A stretch of 64,000 bases of DNA from Monocercomonoides exilis PA203 (lineage: Eukaryota; Protista; Preaxostyla): NCBI GenBank assembly GCA_001643675.2, contig LSRY02000003.1, forward strand, positions 1,798,001 through 1,862,000, in the 5' to 3' direction. This document shows positions 1 through 9,719 of this stretch, piece by piece (the first letter of the stretch is position 1; the number at the start of each line of letters is the position of its first letter). The position numbers were made by a program, and so were the translations under genes. Below the pieces are notes generated by a model. The model saw only the letters and a program-made list of their open reading frames with translations. It was not told the origin of the DNA and made no database searches.

Positions 1-1
1 A

Positions 2-1054
2 TATCTTTTAGCTGAAAGTGGATCAACTGAATATATTCTGGGTCATGATTCTGACAAAATACCAAATTGGGCTTTAGAGAAAGTGGAAGAAGATGAGGAT
101 GATGAAGAACAAGAAATCAAAAAAAGATCTCCTTCTCCTTCAAAATCTTCAATTTCTTCTTCTGACACAGACTCATCCTTTGTACGCATGGAGGATATGT
201 GTCCAACTACTTCATCAATGTCAAATCTGGTAGATGCAATGGCTTGCTCTTCTCCTCATGAAAAGTTAATTGTTGACTTGAGAGATTCGTTGTTCATGCT
301 GCTTCACGGAAGAAATGAGAAAAAGGAGATGGCAATTGGAACATTACAGGAGAGAGAAATCACTGGATCTCAAGTATTGTTCTGGGTTGCAAATGGTGCA
401 CTTCATTCATTTGAAGAACATGAAATGCCTCTTCCTTCCTTACCAAATTTGAGTCCACACATTGTTCTTTTCTCAGAGCACATGGTTATTTGCATTGCAC
501 TCCATTCAGACTGTTCATCGGACTCAGACACTTCATCCGTTTCCTCATCTACTATCGCAACATCTTCTTCTGAATGCTCAACTGCTAATGAAGTTAAAAA
601 ATCTTCACAACCTCCTTCATCAGCTTTTGAGGATGAAGATGATGATTTGAAAGAATGCCTCAGATGGAAAGCACCTGAGCTGATGATCAACAAGAAAATG
701 GGAGCAACAAAGAAATCTGTAGTGTTTTCTATTGGAATGATGCTGTGGGAATTTTTGAGTTTACAAATTCCATTTAGTGAATATGAGTCTGAGACAGCAG
801 GACAAAAATTGGTTAATGGAGAAAGACCAGACCTTAACAAAATCGCTGAATCCTCTTTATGCGAATTGTGTGGATGTTGTTTAAGTAGTGTTCCATCTGC
901 ACGACCTGCAATCGTAACTGTGAAACGTGAACTTATTAAAAAGTTCCCACCTGGTGCTGCTATCATCACAGCTTCAGATGCCACAATGTATGAATACCTA
1001 AGTGAAGAAGAAGAAGATAAAGCGAGTTACGCTTTGGAAGAAAGTTTAGTGTGA
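2..1054 (+). CDS. 3' part of a tyrosine-kinase-like (TKL) protein, probably a pseudokinase; 5'-truncated by window edge
   Basis: Frame is open from nt 2. Kinase C-lobe motifs: RWKAPEL (subdomain VIII), SVVFSIGMMLWE..SLQIPF (IX), GERP, C...PSARP (XI). No HRD/DFG is recognisable (PNLSPHIVLF plus a Ser-rich insert instead). Confidence 0.75.
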   Translation, partial: YLLAESGSTEYILGHDSDKIPNWALEKVEEDEDDEEQEIKKRSPSPSKSSISSSDTDSSFVRMEDMCPTTSSMSNLVDAMACSSPHEKLIVDLRDSLFMLLHGRNEKKEMAIGTLQEREITGSQVLFWVANGALHSFEEHEMPLPSLPNLSPHIVLFSEHMVICIALHSDCSSDSDTSSVSSSTIATSSSECSTANEVKKSSQPPSSAFEDEDDDLKECLRWKAPELMINKKMGATKKSVVFSIGMMLWEFLSLQIPFSEYESETAGQKLVNGERPDLNKIAESSLCELCGCCLSSVPSARPAIVTVKRELIKKFPPGAAIITASDATMYEYLSEEEEDKASYALEESLV

Positions 1055-1584
1055 TATTAATAACTGCTTTGCTGAAAAGCTTCATCTTCTAAATGAAAAC
1101 CTCGTTAGAGAAATAATTTTCAAACAAAATATGTAAAAAATGAATAAACAGTTAAAAATTTGTATTTTATTCAATTAATTGTATAAAATGATACAAATAT
1201 AAAAGCGAAAATTTTTTTAATAAATCAAAATTAAATTTTTGTTCAATTTTTCAATTCATATGAACTTTTAATTTTGTCACGCTTTTACGAGCGTGACTTT
1301 TTAATACTTTTTATTTTTTGAGCTTCTTTTACGAGAACAGCAACTAGTTATAATTTTCAATCGCACTTTTATTTTTTGCTATCACAAAACGAAAATATTT
1401 TTTCTTTAATTGTTTTATAAATTATTCGTATTTTTAAAATAAATGGATGAAAAAGGTTTTGTTAAAGTAATTACAAAATATCACATTTTATTTTGTCGCA
1501 AAACTTTAACAAAAAACAGCAACAATTTTAAAAATTGAAATATTTTTCATTATGTTTTCGTTTTACAAATAATAAATAACTATT

Positions 1585-3101
1585 TAGGCCTCTGCGACAC
1601 ACATTTTTTGAGAACAATTTGTCGGTCGAAAAATTTTTCTATTGTCGAAAATATTAAAATGATTGTTTCTTCCCAAACTTTGCTTTTCGTGAATATATCT
1701 AACTCACAACAACAAAAACAATAAGTTCAGGCAGATCTTTTTTTATTTATATTTATATTTTTATATTTTTATTACCATAATAATAATATATTATGTATTT
1801 TGAAAACAAATAAGAAATTAATGAAAACACCGTAGAAGATAGATGAAAGGAGTTAAATAGATTGTTGTTTTTATTAAATACAATGATTTGTAATGGATGT
1901 TTTTTGAGATATCTTTGCTGCTGATGAGGATTTGATCAATGGAGATAATTTTAACATTGTTTTTTTAAATGCTCGAAGAAAAATTACTCATGAATAAAAA
2001 CTATTCTATTCATCTTCTTCTTCTTCAACCTCTTCTTCTCATTCTCGTTCTTCCCCCTTTCGCTTTCTCTTTTCTTTCAAACAATTTCTTTCCGACAAAT
2101 GCGATGTTCTTCACTCCATCAGACTGCTTTATCATTTTAGCAACCTTCTTTTCCACAATCCTCTTCGGCTTCGCATGCAACTCCATGTGATCCTTCATCA
2201 CCATTGCAGTTTCCTTAAATTCAGTCCATTTCACAAATTCATTGTAATAGAGCGGCATTTCATTCTCTGGATAATACGAAATTATCTGAACTTCGTTTCA
2301 TTCACTTTTTTTGTTTAGAAAATAGAATTCTTTCACAAATATATTATCACCGTTTCATGAAACAGAAAAAGAATTGCATCATACGGTTTTGTGCAAATTT
2401 GAACTTTGAACAAAAGATTTTTGCAACGATAAGTAATAATAATAGTCTTCAAACAACCATTATATCGATTCGTATATTTGCCACAACAACCAAATGATAT
2501 TTTTGAATTGATGATCATATTTGAATAAAAAATCAAAACCAAAAAGATAAAAGAGAATTGTTTGAAACATTCAAAACACCATTTCCTCTTTCAAATGATG
2601 TTCAAAATGACTTGTTTGTACAATGCAACATTGAAAATAATTTTTAATCTAATCATTGAACTTCAAAACAAGAAATCAAAGCAAGCATGATTCAAAAATG
2701 AAAAAAAAGTGAAATCTTCAAGTGAGTGAAAGTCTTATAAAAATAAAAGAATAAGCAATTGTTAAAAAATCATTTATTTCCATTTGGATCTTACAACTCG
2801 ACTTATCTTTGTCAAACGACTGATCATTGTCGTTCGACTGATCTCGACAAAGATCTGTCGATAACCCATTATTAAAAAAAGAATTTTTGCAAAAAAGGTG
2901 AATTTTGGATTTATCATTTTCATATTTAATTGTGAATATTTATCGATTAAAAATAAATAATATGATTAAATTTTGTTTATTTTTTTTAAATAAATAAAAA
3001 TTAAAATTAAAATTATCTTAATAATAAAAAATAAAACTCGACAAAATTGTCGGTCAACCTGTCGAGTTGTCTCAAAAATGTCGGATGGTCGCAGAGGTTT
3101 A
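1585..3101. mobile_element. Non-autonomous hAT-type DNA transposon
   Basis: TIRs taggcctctgcgac (1585) and gtcgcagaggttta (ends 3101). Perfect 8-bp TSD taactatt at 1577-1584 and 3102-3109. Clustered subterminal gtcg/cgac motifs. Confidence 0.85.
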
Positions 3102-3956
3102 TAACTATTTCTAACTTAAATAAAATTTCAATACATAACTTTTAACATGATACAATTTTTAACGAATTTTTCAATAAATAAATGATTTTTGCATTCAAAA
3201 TGAAAAATATCTTCCGTTTTCATTGGAAAAAAAATTATTTGAAATATTCTAATTATTCAGAAAAAATCAAAATTTTTCGAAGTTTTTTATTCCTATGAAA
3301 ACACAAGTAATTTTTCATTTTGAATGCAAAAATTATTAATTCGACGGCGAAAATACCTATTTTTAATAATTTATTGGTATTTAGAGATGGAAATATTTTT
3401 TTTGGTTTTCCACATAAAATTCATTATAATTTCTCTCATATGGATGATTTTTATTAAATCCATGTTTTCTCTCTCAAAATTTTCGGTTTAATAATTCATA
3501 TTAAATTTTAATAAATGAACATTGGAATAGTGCACCTATTATCATACATATTTTTTACATGATTATCATCTCTCACATTGTCTTTTCAAATCATAAGAAT
3601 GCATGTTGCATTTTAACGAAAAATTTCTTTTTGAAGAAACAAAATCAAAGAAAAATAAAAGCTGCGAAAAAAGTTTTGATTTCAAAAATTATCCCCATTT
3701 TCTTAATGTGGACAAGTGGAGAAGATCCTGCTACCAAATGATCATATCCCAAAATTTTTTTAATCGTATTCAAATAATTTTCCAATTTAGCAACTCAGAT
3801 GGCTCAACATCAGCAAGTTACGATCTTTACAAAATAAAGCATTTTTCAATTTCCGAAAAAGTTCACAAGCGAAAAAGAAACATTGGAATGGTTGTTTTCG
3901 TCAGGGAAAATTGATTCTTTTAAAAAATTCCCCGATGACGGTTCAAAGGTTAATGT

Positions 3957-4196
3957 GGGTGATTCTTTTTGAGAAGTCACAAATGTTTTATTTTCAAATA
4001 AATCAAGAATTTCATATTTTGCTAAATATTTTGTTGACAAAAATCAAACTTCACGAAAATGGTATCTATAACTTGATAATGCTATTTCAAACATTCTCGA
4101 GGAGATTTGTGAGTTGAAATAGAAATTTGTGCAAAATATGAAAATTTTGAAATATTTGAAAATTAAACATTTGTGACTTTTCAAAAAGAATCACCT
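3957..4196. mobile_element. 240-bp MITE, copy 1 (GGGTGATTC...GAATCACCC family, 4-bp TSD)
   Basis: Long imperfect TIR gggtgattctttttga(g/a)aagtcacaaatgttt; TSD atgt/atgt; same 240-bp length as the copies at 16580 and 17032. Confidence 0.85.
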
Positions 4197-4207
4197 ATGT
4201 TTTTAAC

Positions 4208-4680
4208 GTGGATGAAATTCCAAGTTATTGTAAATGTTTATTTTGTAAGAAACGATGGTCCATCCAAAAAAACACAGTTTTTGAAGATTACAAGTTGAAA
4301 ATAAATCATATCATGATAATTCTATTACCTTATTGGTTCCATTTAAAGGTTCATCAAACGTCTTTGATGTGTGGAATCGATAGGCATACAGTAACATTTT
4401 AATATTCAGCAATAAGAAGTACATTATCTACCATATTTCTCTGAAAACAGCAACCAATTGTGGGAATTGGAAAGGTTGTTGAAATAAATGAATTATTTTG
4501 GAGATAAAGAAAATATAATTAAGGTTTCAGGATGATTTTATATAAATTTTTGTTAATTTTTTATTAAATTATTAGGGAAACAAAAAAAGTCAATATGGCT
4601 GTTTGGCGCAATCGAAATAAAAAAGACCGATAGAAAATACAGAATGGTTGCTCATTATGTTCAAAATAAAACAAAAAAAA
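4208..4680 (+). pseudogene. Merlin/IS1595-family (ISXO2-like) DDE transposase remnant, truncated at its 3' end by the TIR element
   Basis: Zn-ribbon CKCLFCKKRWSI..NTVFE, then GIDRHTV, and through stops/frameshifts GIGKVVEINE..RKYN.G and WLFGAIE. These match IS1595/Merlin VEIDES..KRKYNRG..WVFG motifs. Confidence 0.7.
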
Positions 4681-4697
4681 GATAAGGTATGTCAGCC

Positions 4698-5703
4698 ATG
4701 GATCCATCTTGATGAGGTCAATCATTATTATCTATTTATGAATATCTGGTAGTTGTTATCATCTTGTATTATAAGTTGAATAGGTAATGATAATGAGATA
4801 GAGATCGAGGGTTATTGCTGATGCTCTTAGGGGTTTCTCATGATAAAATATTCAGTGATGTTCTATAAAGATGGTCTATTGATAGGTGTCATCGAGATAT
4901 ATCCATAGCTGATATACCATATCTCCGGGAAGGAGAATTAGCTAAAAGATTAACTGGAACGGAGATGAAGTCTCCTTAGCAACTTCGTTGCGAAGTGTTC
5001 AAGTAGGTAAATTAATGGTGAAATTGTGTGACAATTGATGTTTTCGTTGATGAAATACATGAGTTGAATGTTGAACGTGTTATCGTAGATGAAATACATG
5101 AGTTGAACATGTGTCGAACGTTGGTGTTATCATTGATGTTATCGTTGGTGAAATCGTAAATAAAAATAATTGATTTTGTTTTTTTGTTTTATCGTAAATG
5201 GGTCGAAAGAAGATATACGCAACTGTGGAGGAAGCGAAAGAGGCTCAACAGAAACAAATTAAACAGTTTCAGGAAAAACGTAAAGAAGAAACTAAGTATT
5301 ACAACGAACATGAAACTGAGAAACAGAAGAAGTTGATTAAGATATTGAGGAGAAAGGTTATCGAAAGTGATGAGTTGTTAGATGAGTTGATGGAAAAAGT
5401 TAGTGGCTATTGCTTGAACAAGCTTGATTGGGATAAATGTGTTAATTGATGAAATATGACTGACTATACACGTTTGTTGTACCGTTGATTGTTAAGAACA
5501 GTTGACACGTTGATGTTGTAGTTAATTGCCAACAACAACATTTTTGCTTGCACCGGGTTGATGGTGCAGATAATGTGGGTGATGCTGTGGCGTGGAAATG
5601 TTGAGTTAAATCTCCGAGCTTATCACCTGCACTGGGTGCACTGGGTGCACCGGGTCAAATATATTCTATAAATAATGTGGGTAAACGGGCAAACGGGGCA
5701 AAT
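4698..5703 (+). repeat. Left terminal inverted repeat (1006 bp)
   Basis: Reverse complement of 8156-9161. Paired coordinates sum to 13859 at both ends and at the ORF (no net indel). Every segment compared by eye was identical except 5695/8164. Confidence 0.95.
5198..5449 (+). CDS. 83-aa basic/coiled-coil protein encoded in left TIR
   Basis: ATG ORF after a T-rich leader. MGRKKIYATVEEAKEAQ... has a basic N-terminus then a charged helix. Identical copy in the right TIR. Confidence 0.65.
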   Translation: MGRKKIYATVEEAKEAQQKQIKQFQEKRKEETKYYNEHETEKQKKLIKILRRKVIESDELLDELMEKVSGYCLNKLDWDKCVN

Positions 5704-5749
5704 GGGAAAAACGTGAAAAAATATAACTGTAACATTTCTGTGATTATTA

Positions 5750-8007
5750 ATTATATTCATTCTCAGATACAGTTTGTTTGAATATCAGTTAACATTCATC
5801 TTTCAATATATAATGCTAGGAACGTGTTCCATTAATTGATTTCTGTTTCCATTCACATTTATCTTTCAGTTGCAATTGGAAGTTCTTGTCTTTAATTACA
5901 ACAGGTTTGCAGAGGAGAACTTCTGTACAATTCATTCCAACACATAGCTCGTCATAATGATTGCATATCCACATTTCCAACGGACTTTTTCTCGCTTCTA
6001 TAATATCTATTTTAGCCTCTGTCATTGGTATTGATCTAACGTTAAATGATGAAAGGTCTTTGTTCATCAAATATGTGAGCAAATTGTCATAAAACTCTGT
6101 CGTAAATGAAGAACATAGCTGTTTGAAATAATCGAAATTGTTCTTGTATTTACCATTACATGCAAGAGCAACATATCTCCTATCACCTGTTTCAATCTTT
6201 ACTGGAAATGCGTGGTTTGTCACATATATGAAATTAGCTACATTCTCAGCGGTTCTTCGAGGTTGATTCTTCTCGTTTATTCTAATAATGTTTTCTGTTA
6301 TTACAGACTTCAACGCATTGAAATTTGCCAGTCTGTCGTCTCCACAATTTTTCAGTTCATTCAAAACAATCAACATTTTGCTTTCAACAACAGAGTTGAA
6401 GTTTCCAGTCAATTCTCCAATTTCTGTGACATTTCTACTGGAATAACCAGCGAATAGTTCAGATATAACATCTGTGAATCTGTTTTTCCCAATACCTTGA
6501 ATACCTTTCAATATCAATGCTGTTTCATTTTTTATTCCAGGGTGTTGAACATTGTTGGCAATCCAGTTAATAACATATTCATATACATCGCTGTTAGAAT
6601 CAGCAATTACCTCACGAACAAAGTCCAGAAACATTGAGATTGTTTCCATATCTACACTTTCACGAAAATTGTACTTGAAACCTTGAAATATCAAGAAAAC
6701 ATTAGCTGCATCTTTTGCAATAAATATAACACCTTGCAATGTTAGTTACGACAAACAAGACAGTAGAATGTCATATGCTGTTGTTGTTTGATGTTCAGTT
6801 TTCCACAGTTTAATTATCTTTAAGTCCCGTGTCATATTAGTGTCTGCAACAAATGTTATTCCCCAATGTTCATCGAATATATTGAAATCCTTTTGCATTT
6901 CATCGCCCCTGTTTCGATAAATCGAAAAATTCTCGACAAATCACTAATAACATCATCAGCGTTTTTGTATTGTTTTGTCTCAGCTTTTCGTCGAATATCA
7001 GTCATGGAAAACGAATCAGACATATCTATTGGTTTAAAAATATTGGTGACGTTTCTCAGTAACGGTGATATCTCGTTTGTGTAATAGTCATTATTCCATA
7101 TTTTGTACATCTTAACTAATACAAATGGCGATGATCTCAAACATCTGTATCGTTGTTTTACCACATAATAGTTATCACGAGCATTAGCTGTCAAATTGTC
7201 ACTGTTTTGTACTCTGTCGTAAGCTAATTCGATATGCTCATTCGGTAATGAATTAATTGCTTGAAACAGTGTGAAAAACGTGATTTCTCTGTTGATTGGC
7301 ATATTTCCCCCATCGTTATGTATAACAAAACACTCCAACCCGTTGACAAAAACATTAGCTAACTCGTCACTGATATTGTCATTGTCGTTATCTAATTTAA
7401 CAATATTATCTATTTCATCAGATGTTTTTATATACAGTTTCAATGAGAGATCGTTCAATATATCATTAACATTTCGTGTAATTGCTAAGTCAAACGAACC
7501 TCTTACAAGCTGATAAACATTTGTCTTTGATCGATGATCCATACGCACTTTAGTGTTTATTAACACTATTTATGGTCGTTTGCCCTCATCCAATGATGCC
7601 ATGATATCTACATCAAATTCATCGCAAGTGTAACATATAATCATTCTGTTGGAGTTGGCGTAAAAGTCATCGGTATTTGCATAAATGTGTAATCCCCCAG
7701 AAGCTGTCTGAACAACAACATCATCTTCGTCCAGTTTGTTTAATATCTTTGATCTAACAGATTGTTTGGCCTCGTCGTCTAACGATTTGTTAATGTCAAT
7801 GTCGATAACAGTTATATTTGACACTTTGTTCACCAATACTGCTCTTCCAGTAACAACAGAGCCACTGCCTCCATCATGCTTTTGATAATTGAATAAATCA
7901 ACAACGTTAGTATCAATTCTTTCATTCAATATTTTTTCTTCCATGCTAATAAGGAGTTGAACCGTTTGGCTGTTTTCACCGATTATTTCGGTTATGCTTT
8001 TGCTCAT
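5750..8007 (-). pseudogene. Fused AEP primase-polymerase (Prim-Pol) and superfamily-3 (D5/DUF5906-like) helicase, disrupted
   Basis: N-terminal VIDID (DxD) and QTASGGLHIY (AEP His motif). C-terminal Walker A GIQGIGKN, Walker B LIVLNE, motif C YVTNH, and DRR Arg finger. ORFs 7570-8016, 6856-7566 and 5816-6739 join via in-frame TAA (7570, 6746), one frameshift near 6900 and a TAG at 5816. Confidence 0.85.
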
Positions 8008-8155
8008 GGTTGCCAATTTTATAGAAATAAAAAAAACAAATTTTTTTTGGAACAGAATTATTTTTGAAAATACAATTTCGGGGAAAGATGATGTTGACGT
8101 TAATGTCTAACATTTACAGAAACAGTTAATTTTCACATAAAATGCACTTTACACA

Positions 8156-9161
8156 ATTTGCCCAGTTTGCCCGTTTACCCACATTATTTATAGAATATAT
8201 TTGACCCGGTGCACCCAGTGCACCCAGTGCAGGTGATAAGCTCGGAGATTTAACTCAACATTTCCACGCCACAGCATCACCCACATTATCTGCACCATCA
8301 ACCCGGTGCAAGCAAAAATGTTGTTGTTGGCAATTAACTACAACATCAACGTGTCAACTGTTCTTAACAATCAACGGTACAACAAACGTGTATAGTCAGT
8401 CATATTTCATCAATTAACACATTTATCCCAATCAAGCTTGTTCAAGCAATAGCCACTAACTTTTTCCATCAACTCATCTAACAACTCATCACTTTCGATA
8501 ACCTTTCTCCTCAATATCTTAATCAACTTCTTCTGTTTCTCAGTTTCATGTTCGTTGTAATACTTAGTTTCTTCTTTACGTTTTTCCTGAAACTGTTTAA
8601 TTTGTTTCTGTTGAGCCTCTTTCGCTTCCTCCACAGTTGCGTATATCTTCTTTCGACCCATTTACGATAAAACAAAAAAACAAAATCAATTATTTTTATT
8701 TACGATTTCACCAACGATAACATCAATGATAACACCAACGTTCGACACATGTTCAACTCATGTATTTCATCTACGATAACACGTTCAACATTCAACTCAT
8801 GTATTTCATCAACGAAAACATCAATTGTCACACAATTTCACCATTAATTTACCTACTTGAACACTTCGCAACGAAGTTGCTAAGGAGACTTCATCTCCGT
8901 TCCAGTTAATCTTTTAGCTAATTCTCCTTCCCGGAGATATGGTATATCAGCTATGGATATATCTCGATGACACCTATCAATAGACCATCTTTATAGAACA
9001 TCACTGAATATTTTATCATGAGAAACCCCTAAGAGCATCAGCAATAACCCTCGATCTCTATCTCATTATCATTACCTATTCAACTTATAATACAAGATGA
9101 TAACAACTACCAGATATTCATAAATAGATAATAATGATTGACCTCATCAAGATGGATCCAT
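8156..9161 (-). repeat. Right terminal inverted repeat (1006 bp)
   Basis: Reverse complement of 4698-5703. Confidence 0.95.
8410..8661 (-). CDS. 83-aa basic/coiled-coil protein encoded in right TIR
   Basis: Translation is identical to 5198-5449. Confidence 0.65.
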   Translation of the reverse strand: MGRKKIYATVEEAKEAQQKQIKQFQEKRKEETKYYNEHETEKQKKLIKILRRKVIESDELLDELMEKVSGYCLNKLDWDKCVN

Positions 9162-9719
9162 AGCGGGTTTACCATATCTCTCTTTTTTTACACAAAGAAC
9201 AAAAAAATTTCTCCACTCATAACTTTATTTCCCCTTCTCAGATTTCAAAATAAATTCGAATTTCATCTCCTTAAACAGGCGTCGTTGAAATCAAAACATA
9301 AAGAATTGCTGCATTTTTTTATTATCAAAAAATGGACACATTTTTATTGTGCTTTTTGATATTGAAAAGTCAATAAAAAGCGCATAATTTTTCAATAGAA
9401 TTCCTGAAGTGAAATATTTTGCCCCATATAGTATTGTTAAATAACAGTTTTTGATATCTGTTTCTTTGTCAACCTTGTGCATATGCTTGTCTTTCACCGC
9501 TTTTCAAGGAAACCTATGAAAAGTTGTAAAATGTTTAATTAACAAAACTGATAATACACAACAAATACCTAACAAATCTCGCACAACACAAGGAATAAAT
9601 AAAACAGATAAATATAGAAAATTATAAATTATTCCAAACCAGTTCAGATTCATTGCATGCTCTTTATTGTTTATTATCAGTTTATTCCTTATAACAAAAA
9701 AAGAGAATTTAACGATTCC

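Larger units (their letters stand above)
4679..9180. mobile_element. Primase-polymerase/SF3-helicase element with ~1-kb inverted terminal repeats (linear plasmid/virus-like replicon)
   Basis: Inverted repeats 4698-5703 and 8156-9161, extending imperfectly to ~4679/9180. Central decayed Prim-Pol plus SF3 helicase gene. One 83-aa ORF in each repeat. No TSD found. Confidence 0.85.

Noticed and set aside
4694-9164. 3-bp TSD agc around the perfect TIRs
   Set aside because: These bases belong to the degenerate outer part of the terminal hairpin arm (tcagc/atagc), so they are element sequence, not target.
4679-9183. Calling the TIR element a Polinton/Maverick (right end reads AGAGAG on the minus strand)
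   Set aside because: No PolB, integrase, protease, packaging ATPase or capsid. The left end lacks the AG repeat and no 6-bp TSD is present.
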